The notes beneath the pieces were generated by a model. The model was not told the origin of the DNA. It searched no databases and was given only the letters and a program-made list of their open reading frames with translations. A stretch of 42,886 bases of DNA, from positions 1-42,886 of the IMG/VR virus record IMGVR_UViG_3300045988_122335, one strand, 5' to 3'. Origin of the DNA: a virus. Positions 32,903 through 40,378 of the stretch are shown here, piece after piece (the first letter of the stretch is position 1; the number at the start of each line of letters is the position of its first letter). Made by a program: the position numbers and the translations under genes.

Positions 32903-33042
32903 TTCATCCCCTCCAACGCTTTTTCCGCTCTGCATATCACCGCCGAGCAGGAAACATTGTAGTGCCTTTCACAAAAGGCTTTCAACTGTTCCCATAGGTC
33001 AGCAGGGATATATACACCGTGTTTGTTTCTATCTTTGTTTAT
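32899..33042 (-). CDS. Possible ribbon-helix-helix-like ORF lacking a canonical start codon
   Basis: An open frame encodes ...NKDRNKHGVYIPADLWEQLKAFCERHYNVSCSAVICRAEKALEGMK*. Its stop overlaps the next ATG (ATGA). The only start candidate is the ATA at 33040-33042, after AGGAG. Confidence 0.3.
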   Translation of the reverse strand: MNKDRNKHGVYIPADLWEQLKAFCERHYNVSCSAVICRAEKALEGMK

Positions 33043-33236
33043 TTTGCTCTCCTCTCAAAATATTCCTTTGCCTTTTCGGGATTATAATTACACTCGTCAT
33101 TGTCAAACGAAATTATTGCACCGCATTTTTGACATTTGAAAAACCAAAACGGTAAATGTGTCACACCGTGCGTAATATTTATTTCTCCACCACAAAACGG
33201 GCAAGGTGATGTTTTAATTCTTGCTTTTACTTTCAT
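33039..33236 (-). CDS. Lar-family restriction-alleviation-like zinc-ribbon protein
   Basis: MKVKARIKTSPCPFCGGE...FFKCQKCGAI...KAKEYFERRA matches the Lar pattern (CPFCGG ... C..CGA ... W/F-N/E-RR). The ATG at 33236 overlaps the upstream stop (ATGA). The track start is 33278. Confidence 0.55.
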   Translation of the reverse strand: MKVKARIKTSPCPFCGGEINITHGVTHLPFWFFKCQKCGAIISFDNDECNYNPEKAKEYFERRAK

Positions 33237-33493
33237 TCTATATAACTCCAATCTAACGCTTGACCGCAATTCGAACAATATTTAGGGTAATATGAATTTC
33301 CCCCTATCAAAGAACCTTTCCCACAAACAGGGCAATTATAAGACTTAATTCCACTCGGATATATAAGGTCTAAAATCGGTGTTTTTGGCATTTGTTTTTT
33401 AAGGGCAATAATAGTAGTTTCCAAAGCTTCACTACATTTATCTCGGTATATGCAACCGTGTTCAATCGTGTTTATTGTTTCTTCGTTTGTCAT
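33233..33493 (-). CDS. Zinc-ribbon protein, paralogue family member 2 (CGQALDW family)
   Basis: MTNEETINTIE...IIALKKQMPKTP...CPVCG...YCSNCGQALDW. Confidence 0.6.
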   Translation of the reverse strand: MTNEETINTIEHGCIYRDKCSEALETTIIALKKQMPKTPILDLIYPSGIKSYNCPVCGKGSLIGGNSYYPKYCSNCGQALDWSYIE

Positions 33494-33630
33494 TCTGTAT
33501 CACTCCTACTAACATCAACAGCTTTTCTGCAAGCTTCTTCAACCATCTTAAATAATTGTTTATCATCTGTTTCAAATTGAATTGAATAAATATTTTTCTC
33601 GTTATCTATTTGTGTGTTAAAATATGTCAT
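33490..33630 (-). CDS. 46-aa hypothetical protein (not in the ORF track)
   Basis: ATG at 33630 after AAAAGGAGAG. The TGA overlaps the next ATG. Confidence 0.45.
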   Translation of the reverse strand: MTYFNTQIDNEKNIYSIQFETDDKQLFKMVEEACRKAVDVSRSDTE

Positions 33631-33645
33631 TCTTCAGCTCTCCTT

Positions 33646-33840
33646 TTAATGTCTAACTAATTTTGCAAATTCACCTATACTTGTGTTCTTTGGTATGCGT
33701 CCATAATAATAGTAACTATAACAGTCTTTTAATGCTAAATTAAACAGCGAATTATCACGACAACACAAGCAAGGATAACTGCATCTTGGTAAATTATGTT
33801 CTTCATCAAAAACAAAAGCACAATCTCTACAAGTTCTCAT
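33646..33840 (-). CDS. Cys-rich small protein
   Basis: 64 aa with 8 Cys (CRDC...CSYPCLCC). Confidence 0.5.
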   Translation of the reverse strand: MRTCRDCAFVFDEEHNLPRCSYPCLCCRDNSLFNLALKDCYSYYYYGRIPKNTSIGEFAKLVRH

Positions 33841-33846
33841 TCTGTA

Positions 33847-34110
33847 TTACCCAAAATCTAATGCTTGCCCACAGCAATCACAATATTTATGACTATTATT
33901 GCTTGTAAAATCTATATCTTCAATACAGTGATTACATATAGGACATAATACATATCCCTCATCAATTTTTACTTTCTTTGGTATCTGCTTTTCAAGTGCC
34001 TCTATTGCCATATTTAATGCTTCTGTTATGTAAATTGAAAATGGTTCTTTGCAACTGTGGAGTTCATTATGAATTTTAATTCTTTTAATTGATTCTTCGT
34101 AATCAAACAT
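33847..34110 (-). CDS. Zinc-ribbon protein, paralogue family member 3 (CGQALDF)
   Basis: ...AIEALEKQIPKKV...CPICN...YCDCCGQALDFG. Confidence 0.6.
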   Translation of the reverse strand: MFDYEESIKRIKIHNELHSCKEPFSIYITEALNMAIEALEKQIPKKVKIDEGYVLCPICNHCIEDIDFTSNNSHKYCDCCGQALDFG

Positions 34111-34747
34111 CGCCGTTTTCCACCTCTTCCTCTACATAGCACCAGCTTTGCGGCGGTCTTGTCATAGGTTGCCCTATGTCCTTAACATCACATATACCGT
34201 CAATGCCCATATATAAGCAATCCCCGCAATTCTTTTGGTCGCAATGCGTTTTTCCAAAAGCCATAAAATCATCTAAATCTTTTGGCTTGTCGTAAATAAC
34301 AAGGTCGGAGATATGCCATCCAAATAATTTGCTGCCGTTGGCATAATTTTTAAGCTCACCGAGCGATAATCGGCATTTATTTAAGTAATCATAATCCAAA
34401 TTGTAAGCTGTCAAATTATCATCTACGCGCCGTAACTTCATATCGCTGTTGTTATACCCGCAAACCGCCAGTCGGTCTATTTTGTTACATATAAATTCGC
34501 CTATGACTTTGCCGCTTAATGTAGTATTTCCGACACGCTCAAGTTCGTTTTGGTATTTTTTGTTTGTTGCAACATATATTTTACTGTTATAGTGCGACCT
34601 TGTTAGCAACTCAGACAGAGTACAATAAATATAGCACTTGAACGGCGTATCGCATTTCGGTCTTGTTTTTCTGACCTCTATTGTTTTCTTACCGCTTGCT
34701 ATCAGCTCGCACCATTTTGGTTTAATACTAATCAAAACACTTTTCAT
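34103..34747 (-). CDS. ASCH (PUA-like) domain protein with Cys-rich C-terminal extension
   Basis: The N-terminus ISIKPKWCELIASGKKTIEVRK is the ASCH signature. The C-terminus is HCDQKNCGDC...RPPQSWCYV. Confidence 0.7.
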   Translation of the reverse strand: MKSVLISIKPKWCELIASGKKTIEVRKTRPKCDTPFKCYIYCTLSELLTRSHYNSKIYVATNKKYQNELERVGNTTLSGKVIGEFICNKIDRLAVCGYNNSDMKLRRVDDNLTAYNLDYDYLNKCRLSLGELKNYANGSKLFGWHISDLVIYDKPKDLDDFMAFGKTHCDQKNCGDCLYMGIDGICDVKDIGQPMTRPPQSWCYVEEEVENGDV

Positions 34748-35442
34748 ATCTTTACACCATCCATTTCCGCCCGCAAACTTTCTTTGATGTAATAGTCAAC
34801 GCCGATTTTCTTGCAAAGCGCCTCGGCTTTTCTCCCAAATTCCGCCCAATTTATATCTGACTTGTGGTAGTTCAGTTTTCCAATTTTCACCTTATCGGCA
34901 ATCGCCGCTACCAAGTGCAGATTGATAAAAAACTCTCTTTCGTTCGTTACAGGCTCGAAAGAAATCCAAGTTTTAATTCCTCGGCTATGCGCCTCCGCAA
35001 GAGCGTCAACTCTCGCTTTCCACAAAGGGTCTTTTCCATTCCCGATACCGTCAAGGGTGATACCGTACCAATCGTTCTCATCGAGCAAATCGAAATCCCT
35101 GCTCCCGTCACCTTTGGTGAGTATCTGCACATTGTTTCCACTTTCCTTAATGGCTTTGATTATCTCTTGTGTGGGTGTTGTATCGTAACCGGTCGGATAA
35201 GGGTCACAGGTAAAGCAGAGATGAATAAGTTTCCCGGTTATCTTCTCTTTTTCAAGCTGTTGCTTCGTTGCTTTGACTATATCAATTCTCGGCTCTACAT
35301 TTGTGTGAAATGCCTCACGGTCTTTATGCAGAACATTCGGGGCGAAACAGTAAAAACAGCGGTGCGGACAGCCCGTGTAAATATTCAGCGCATAGTCGCC
35401 GTATTCTTTTGCTTTGCCTTTCGGCTCATATATTGGTTTCAT
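34744..35442 (-). CDS. Radical SAM enzyme (SplB / DNA-photolyase-like small rSAM)
   Basis: IYTGCPHRCFYCFAP contains the CxxxCxxC cluster motif. Preferred start is the ATG at 35442, after GGGAGGG. The track start is a TTG at 35448. Confidence 0.75.
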   Translation of the reverse strand: MKPIYEPKGKAKEYGDYALNIYTGCPHRCFYCFAPNVLHKDREAFHTNVEPRIDIVKATKQQLEKEKITGKLIHLCFTCDPYPTGYDTTPTQEIIKAIKESGNNVQILTKGDGSRDFDLLDENDWYGITLDGIGNGKDPLWKARVDALAEAHSRGIKTWISFEPVTNEREFFINLHLVAAIADKVKIGKLNYHKSDINWAEFGRKAEALCKKIGVDYYIKESLRAEMDGVKI

Positions 35443-35444
35443 AT

Positions 35445-35531
35445 TCAATCCCTCCCGTTAGCACTCAGTATTGCACATATTGCAAAGCCTATCAGTGCGC
35501 CAATTATAAGTCCAATTATAAAGTTAATCAT
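35445..35531 (-). CDS. 28-aa hydrophobic micro-ORF (not in the ORF track)
   Basis: Translation is MINFIIGLIIGALIGFAICAILSANGRD*. Its start overlaps the stop of the preceding micro-ORF (ATGATTAA). Confidence 0.35.
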   Translation of the reverse strand: MINFIIGLIIGALIGFAICAILSANGRD

Positions 35532-35649
35532 TTTCTTTGTACCTCTCCCAATTTTCAAATTCTACACAGCTTGCGCACGGCATATCCGAACGGTCATTAT
35601 CGTAATATGCGCAATCCTCACAACACATTGGCTCATTCAAATTATCCAT
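35524..35649 (-). CDS. 41-aa Cys-rich acidic micro-ORF (not in the ORF track)
   Basis: Translation is MDNLNEPMCCEDCAYYDNDRSDMPCASCVEFENWERYKEND*. The ATG lies 5 nt after the upstream stop. Confidence 0.4.
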   Translation of the reverse strand: MDNLNEPMCCEDCAYYDNDRSDMPCASCVEFENWERYKEND

Positions 35650-35654
35650 ACCTA

Positions 35655-36158
35655 TCACCACACAAATTCAGGGTGTTCTTTCATAAAAGGTTCAACGACA
35701 CTTTTAATTGCCTTTTCGGCAACTCCCAAAGCTGAAAAATACACTTCTTGGTGTTTAGCTACTTTAGTACTCGACGCATCAAAACCTCCAGCCATTGTAT
35801 TTTTAAAAATATAATAATGGTTTCTGTCGCCGTCCCATTCTACATCTTCTGCCTCGTTATCGTAAGCATATTTAAGAAGTTTGCGATTTAATAACTCGTG
35901 AAGATATACTTGAATGGCAAAGTCTTTATCATTGAAGTAACCACAGTTTCTATAGTAACGATTATCCACTCCGTCTTTTACATCTTTAAAATCTTCTGTG
36001 CCATACCCAGTGACTACAAAATATTTTTCTCCAAATTTCACTCTATCAAATGGGTTATTCCTTTTTTGCTCAATCCTCTCTGCCCAAATACCGAGTGTCT
36101 CTAATTGTTCCTTAGAAACCTCTACCTTTTTACCGTTGATTACAATGTAGTTTTCCAT
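35655..36158 (-). CDS. Hypothetical protein
   Basis: 167-aa ORF, the first gene after the promoter at 36285-36313. RBS is AAGAAAGGAAG. Confidence 0.6.
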   Translation of the reverse strand: MENYIVINGKKVEVSKEQLETLGIWAERIEQKRNNPFDRVKFGEKYFVVTGYGTEDFKDVKDGVDNRYYRNCGYFNDKDFAIQVYLHELLNRKLLKYAYDNEAEDVEWDGDRNHYYIFKNTMAGGFDASSTKVAKHQEVYFSALGVAEKAIKSVVEPFMKEHPEFVW

Positions 36159-36284
36159 TTTTTATCTTCCTTTCTTAATAAGAACGCCCCCACAAATGAT
36201 ACGGCACTTGCAGGAGCGTTTATTCTATGCGGCATTACCCGGTTATAGACTATTTAATTGTTCAGAGCCGTATCTCTGTTAATT

Positions 36285-36313
36285 ATAATAGCATATAGTA
36301 ATTTATTTGTCAA
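36285..36313 (-). promoter_or_regulatory. Promoter sharing a 27-bp block with the early promoter at 2756-2784
   Basis: The minus strand reads TTGACA-17 nt-TATTAT. The stretch 36306-36332 is identical to 2777-2803. Confidence 0.65.
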
Positions 36314-36338
36314 GAATATTTTTAAATATTTTTTGGGG

Positions 36339-36662
36339 TTATAACATTTCTCCAAATATTGCTTCTAATACAGCCACTACAATTGAATTGCCTGCTTGCT
36401 TATATAACTGGCTATTTAAATTTACTTGCGCAGCTTTTTCAAAATCTTCATCGTCAAAATCCATAAGCCTAAAACATTCTTTGGGGGTCAGTTTACGGAT
36501 TCGCACCTTTTCTTTAATTTTAGGTTCGGAATTGCCGCCCTGACAGGTATGTATAGTCGGGCTAACTCCGTCCGTGGCATAAACTCTTTTGCAGTTTTCG
36601 TTTATCTTATCCCACTTCCCACCTTGCATTGTTCCGTATAATTTACAATTTATTTTTTCCAT
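36339..36662 (-). CDS. C5-cytosine DNA methyltransferase, C-terminal fragment (one target-recognition segment plus motifs IX-X)
   Basis: Contains RVYATDGVSPTIHTCQGGNSEPKI, RIRKLTPKECFRLMDF (motif IX) and AGNSIVV (motif X). It is in the same frame as 36744..37568 but separated from it by two stop codons. Confidence 0.75.
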   Translation of the reverse strand: MEKINCKLYGTMQGGKWDKINENCKRVYATDGVSPTIHTCQGGNSEPKIKEKVRIRKLTPKECFRLMDFDDEDFEKAAQVNLNSQLYKQAGNSIVVAVLEAIFGEML

Positions 36663-36743
36663 TCCAATACCCCGTTTGTAGTCTGATTCCCAAGTCCCTT
36701 ATAATCTCTTGCCATAAGTGTGTTTGCAATATTGACTACCTTT

Positions 36744-37568
36744 TCAATTTGTTTGCCTTGTTTCGATAATAATATCCCAACTGTGCCTGTCTGTGCTTGC
36801 CCGTCCGCTTGAGCGAATTGTGTGGCTAATCTCTCTCTCTACATTAACAGTTTGTAAACACTTTTCGACCTTGTTTTCAGATATATAATATTTTTCTTCG
36901 ACATTCTTATCCAATAAATCTTTTAACCGAGTTTTTAAAGGCTTTGGTTGCGGAAATTCGTAATAGAAATCGCCGAGCAAGCTAACGCAAAATGTACGAT
37001 TGCGGTTTTGCGGTACGCCAAAATCTTTAGCGTTTAAATCTTTATACCAACTCTTGTAGCCCAAGCTTTCAAGTTTTTGCAGCCAACTGTTAAAGTCTGC
37101 TATATTTTTCTCTGCGTGTACCTGTGGAACATTTTCCATGAGCAACACTTGCGGAAGCTCGTTACATTCGTCCAATAACCTTTCGACTTCCCACAACAGC
37201 CCCGACCGTGTACCGCTGTTCTTCGACATCCCCTGTTGTCTGCCGGCAATGCTCAAATCAGTGCATGGGAACGAATAAGTCAATATGTAGCAGTATTTAT
37301 TGGTATCGATTATACCCAAATCATCGGCAGTAATTTGCGTTACATCGCTTGTCTCGAAATTCGTGCCGTGGATTGCGTTATAGCTCTTGATTGCGTATTT
37401 ATCAAACTCACATACTCTGTAATGCTCAAACGGTACACCGAGCCGTTCCAAAGCCTTTGCTTGCGCTCCTATCCCGGCGAACAGCTCAATCAAACGAATA
37501 GGTTTATCAATCCTAAACTTTTTAGCGCCGTCAAACATTCCTATTTGTGAGCCAAACCAATCGCTCAT
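36744..37568 (-). CDS. C5-cytosine DNA methyltransferase, N-terminal fragment (motifs I-VIII plus one target-recognition segment)
   Basis: Contains ELFAGIGAQ (motif I), SFPCTDLSIAG (IV), LLMENVPQV (VI) and QNRNRTFCVS (VIII), then SHTIRSSGRASTDRHSWD. Confidence 0.8.
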   Translation of the reverse strand: MSDWFGSQIGMFDGAKKFRIDKPIRLIELFAGIGAQAKALERLGVPFEHYRVCEFDKYAIKSYNAIHGTNFETSDVTQITADDLGIIDTNKYCYILTYSFPCTDLSIAGRQQGMSKNSGTRSGLLWEVERLLDECNELPQVLLMENVPQVHAEKNIADFNSWLQKLESLGYKSWYKDLNAKDFGVPQNRNRTFCVSLLGDFYYEFPQPKPLKTRLKDLLDKNVEEKYYISENKVEKCLQTVNVEREISHTIRSSGRASTDRHSWDIIIETRQTN

Positions 37569-37598
37569 TTAATTTTACACCTCTTACCATTTCATAAT

Positions 37599-37838
37599 TT
37601 AATTGTCTTTTTCTTTCAAAAGTTCCAGCCTTGCCATTATTTCAAGCAGCATTTCGTTTTGTTGCTCAAATCTTGTATTGATTTCCCGTAATAAATACTC
37701 CGCCTGTTTGTCATTAGCCTTTTGCACATCATTATGTGCCGACTGTTCCCTATTCTCATTAAGGTTAGCTACTGCCAATAATAGAGACAGTGCATTTATA
37801 ATATCATTACTGTTAATATTATCGTTGTTTTGGTACAT
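37599..37838 (-). CDS. Hypothetical coiled-coil protein
   Basis: 79-aa ORF. Confidence 0.5.
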   Translation of the reverse strand: MYQNNDNINSNDIINALSLLLAVANLNENREQSAHNDVQKANDKQAEYLLREINTRFEQQNEMLLEIMARLELLKEKDN

Positions 37839-37921
37839 TTATTTATCCCTCTCTTTCTTTTCATAAAAACGTAAAAGCCAATGGCACGATATACTTAACA
37901 GTAGTGCCTTGAAAAATTCTT

Positions 37922-38278
37922 TCATTTATCCTTACCCCAACTCACATAATACATATGGTGCAATTCATTATCCAACTCAACCCTAAACCCTTTTTCTTTA
38001 AGCCATTTTAAATTATCCTCGTAGTTTATTCCCATTCGTATATCAGTTTCCCCTCTTTTTATAAAGTCGTTTATATACTCTTTAATCAAATTCCTTTCTT
38101 TTCTTTTTTGAGCTAAACGAGCTTTTTCCATTTTGCGCAGACAATTTTCAGCATTAAACGAACAGATAAAAAAAGTTTTAATCTTAGCCAATAATCTAAA
38201 TAAATCGCCGTCCAAGGTGGAAATTACAAGGGTTGCATAACATATACTGATAAATACCCACAATATTATTTCTGTCAT
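37922..38278 (-). CDS. Hypothetical protein with N-terminal TM helix
   Basis: 118 aa. IILWVFISICYATLVIS is hydrophobic. Confidence 0.5.
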   Translation of the reverse strand: MTEIILWVFISICYATLVISTLDGDLFRLLAKIKTFFICSFNAENCLRKMEKARLAQKRKERNLIKEYINDFIKRGETDIRMGINYEDNLKWLKEKGFRVELDNELHHMYYVSWGKDK

Positions 38279-38499
38279 TCTGTATCACTCCTTACCTCGT
38301 CAAACAATCTATTAAAAGCGGCATAGGTAAGTCTTATTCTTTGTCCTTTCTTTGCTAAAACTACATATCCGCCACCCTGATTTGTTATAGTCCATTTTTG
38401 GCTTGGGTCTATCTGCAAATACAAGGTAACTCCAAAACAATCACCATACAAATGCCCTGATTCGTTTATCTCTTTCTTTGGTATTGCTACCCTTTTCAT
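38275..38499 (-). CDS. Hypothetical protein
   Basis: Preferred ATG is at 38499 (GGGGGA upstream, ATGA overlap with the preceding stop). The track start is 38532. Confidence 0.5.
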   Translation of the reverse strand: MKRVAIPKKEINESGHLYGDCFGVTLYLQIDPSQKWTITNQGGGYVVLAKKGQRIRLTYAAFNRLFDEVRSDTE

Positions 38500-38717
38500 T
38501 TGGTATCCCCCCAATCCAAAGCTTGACCACAATATCTACAATAAGGGCTTGAACCCACCAATGTTTTACAAGTCGGGCATACTATTTCACTTCTTGTTTT
38601 AGTTGGCTTTTTCGGTATCTGCTTTTCAATGGCAGAGATAGCTATATCTAAACTTTTGCCGCCAATAATAGGCTGTATGTTTTCGCGAATGTCAATTATC
38701 GCTTCTTCGTTTGTCAT
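38496..38717 (-). CDS. Zinc-ribbon protein, paralogue family member 1 (CGQALDW family)
   Basis: MTNEEAIIDIRE...AISAIEKQIPKKP...CPTCK...YCRYCGQALDW. Confidence 0.6.
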   Translation of the reverse strand: MTNEEAIIDIRENIQPIIGGKSLDIAISAIEKQIPKKPTKTRSEIVCPTCKTLVGSSPYCRYCGQALDWGDTK

Positions 38718-38729
38718 TCTTCCTCACCG

Positions 38730-39182
38730 TTACCTTTCTTTTTTATGCCTTTTTTTATGGCAACTTTTGCATAATGTGATAAGATTTTCGGGTTCATCAC
38801 CCCCACCATTGCAAACAAATTTGATGTGATGAACATTAAGATTTCCGTTATCTATCGGAATATAAATACCGTGTTCGTTTTTAAATGCGTTAAATTCTCC
38901 GCAATCTTGACAAGTGAAATTATCCCGGTAGAGTATTCGCAATGAATAACTGTCACGACCTCTATTCCATACGGTCATATTATTAAACAATCTGCTACAT
39001 TCTTCCGAGCAAAAAGATGTTCTTCTCCCGCTTAATTCTTTACCACACCACCTGCAATGTTTTGGTTTAACGTATTGAGGTTTACGAAAATATACCCTTT
39101 CGCCCCATTGCTTACTTGCTTCTGACATTGAAGGGAAAGGTCGTCTTGTCCCGTCCCTTTCCCAATATTTTTGGTACATCAT
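38730..39182 (-). CDS. HNH endonuclease with N-terminal zinc ribbon
   Basis: NVHHIKFVCNGGGDEPENLITLCKSCHKKRH is the HNH core. CRWCGKEL...CSEEC forms a zinc ribbon. Confidence 0.8.
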   Translation of the reverse strand: MMYQKYWERDGTRRPFPSMSEASKQWGERVYFRKPQYVKPKHCRWCGKELSGRRTSFCSEECSRLFNNMTVWNRGRDSYSLRILYRDNFTCQDCGEFNAFKNEHGIYIPIDNGNLNVHHIKFVCNGGGDEPENLITLCKSCHKKRHKKER

Positions 39183-39382
39183 TCCTCACCCCCTTGCTCA
39201 AAAAATCTACAAGCAAAATCTTTTAATCTAATATCGGTTGCCGCACTGCCTGTTATACCCATTATTTTACACTTATAATGGCTATGCATACCGCATTGTA
39301 ACTTTATGCAATATTGGCAATCTTTACATCTGTGCCAAGTATCATATCCCGCTCCCATTCTGAATTTGTTTTTAATCGTCAT
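39179..39382 (-). CDS. Cys-rich small protein
   Basis: The ATG at 39382 overlaps the upstream TGA. The track start is 39388. Contains CKDCQYC...C...C. Confidence 0.5.
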   Translation of the reverse strand: MTIKNKFRMGAGYDTWHRCKDCQYCIKLQCGMHSHYKCKIMGITGSAATDIRLKDFACRFFEQGGEE

Positions 39383-40245
39383 TCCCATTTTTCAATCCCC
39401 TTATTAAGCATTTGTTCAAATAAATCAATATCATAAGCTGCAAAGTTCGGCGCTTCAATATGTGCGGCGCAATCATAATTACCGTCAAGTACTTTCACAA
39501 AATTGTTATCTTTTATGAGCCAATCAAAATTTGCTTGCCAACTGTGATTATTATTTCCCTTTAAAAAATTGCTCGTTTCAGCTTTAGTAAAAACAGTTCG
39601 TATTTGTTCAATATCATATTTGTTTACAAGTGATTTTATGGCGGTTTTTCTCGCATTTGATACAGTTTTCACTTTTGGCAATGATACGCAAATTTCGTTG
39701 TATAAGCCAATAATATCGGCAATAATGTTTTCTTTTTTATCTTTTTCTTTATTAGATATATTATTATTTTTATTATTTTCAAGCATTTCTATTTTTTTAT
39801 TTAAGCACTTAATATGTTCTTTTAAAGCATTTGTCTCTTCAATGCTACTTGTTGGTTTTGAGAGTTGTTGGTTTTGAGAGTTCTTGCTATCTATAATTTT
39901 AATTTCAATATCTTCCGCAGATTTTTGCGAAACAATATAGCAGACTTCAATGTGCCAACCGCTTATTTTTTTCTGATTTCTCGCCTGCACAATATTTATT
40001 AAACCATTTTCTTTTAATGTTTGTTTTGTTTTTCTTATTTTTTCACTGCCCCATTTTAAGCATTTTTTTACATATTCATCACTTGCTTTTATAACATTCG
40101 TTTTTTGCCATTTTGCCGTTTTGTAATAGAATAAATACAAAGCTATGCAATCCGCAGAGTTCTCAAATTGGTAAATTTTATCAACTGTTGCTTTATGCAA
40201 AATAAGTAGATTATCCGAAATATCATTTAGTTTTAATTCTACCAT
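39379..40245 (-). CDS. Replisome organiser / replication initiator-like protein (winged-helix N-terminus, phage conserved C-terminus)
   Basis: 288 aa. The C-terminal pattern IIGLYNEICVSLPKVKTVSNARKTAIKSL...NFDWLIKDNNFVKVLDGNYD is typical of DnaD/Phg_2220_C-type proteins. Confidence 0.6.
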   Translation of the reverse strand: MVELKLNDISDNLLILHKATVDKIYQFENSADCIALYLFYYKTAKWQKTNVIKASDEYVKKCLKWGSEKIRKTKQTLKENGLINIVQARNQKKISGWHIEVCYIVSQKSAEDIEIKIIDSKNSQNQQLSKPTSSIEETNALKEHIKCLNKKIEMLENNKNNNISNKEKDKKENIIADIIGLYNEICVSLPKVKTVSNARKTAIKSLVNKYDIEQIRTVFTKAETSNFLKGNNNHSWQANFDWLIKDNNFVKVLDGNYDCAAHIEAPNFAAYDIDLFEQMLNKGIEKWE

Positions 40246-40378
40246 ATTAACTCCTTATAAACAAAATCCGTATGCCCCTAATAGTTGCGGTATTAGAGAC
40301 ACGCGGAATTGTGGCTGTTATTCAGTTTTAATCGTTATCCGACCGCAACTCGAATAACAACCTTTTGTTGATACAATC

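Noticed and set aside
35445-35649. RiPP hypothesis: a Cys-rich 41-aa peptide as precursor for the adjacent radical SAM maturase
   Set aside because: The rSAM protein lacks a SPASM/twitch auxiliary-cluster domain and a RiPP recognition element, and it resembles SplB-type enzymes. No protease or exporter is nearby. The peptide looks like a small zinc knuckle. I keep it only as a remote possibility within the rSAM/ASCH finding.
34864-35814. 316-aa plus-strand ORF, the longest plus-strand ORF outside the cassette
   Set aside because: It is antisense to the well-supported radical SAM gene and the upstream micro-ORFs. It has no RBS, no recognisable motifs, and low-complexity composition typical of shadow ORFs.
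36744-36770. Programmed +1 frameshift at the AAT TGA stop, joining the first methyltransferase ORF to the middle TRD frame
   Set aside because: The P-site codon AAU cannot re-pair in the +1 frame (AUU), and no Shine-Dalgarno-like stimulator precedes it as in prfB. Only the downstream A6-TAA site looks slip-prone. A split gene, gene decay or an indel is more parsimonious for this junction.
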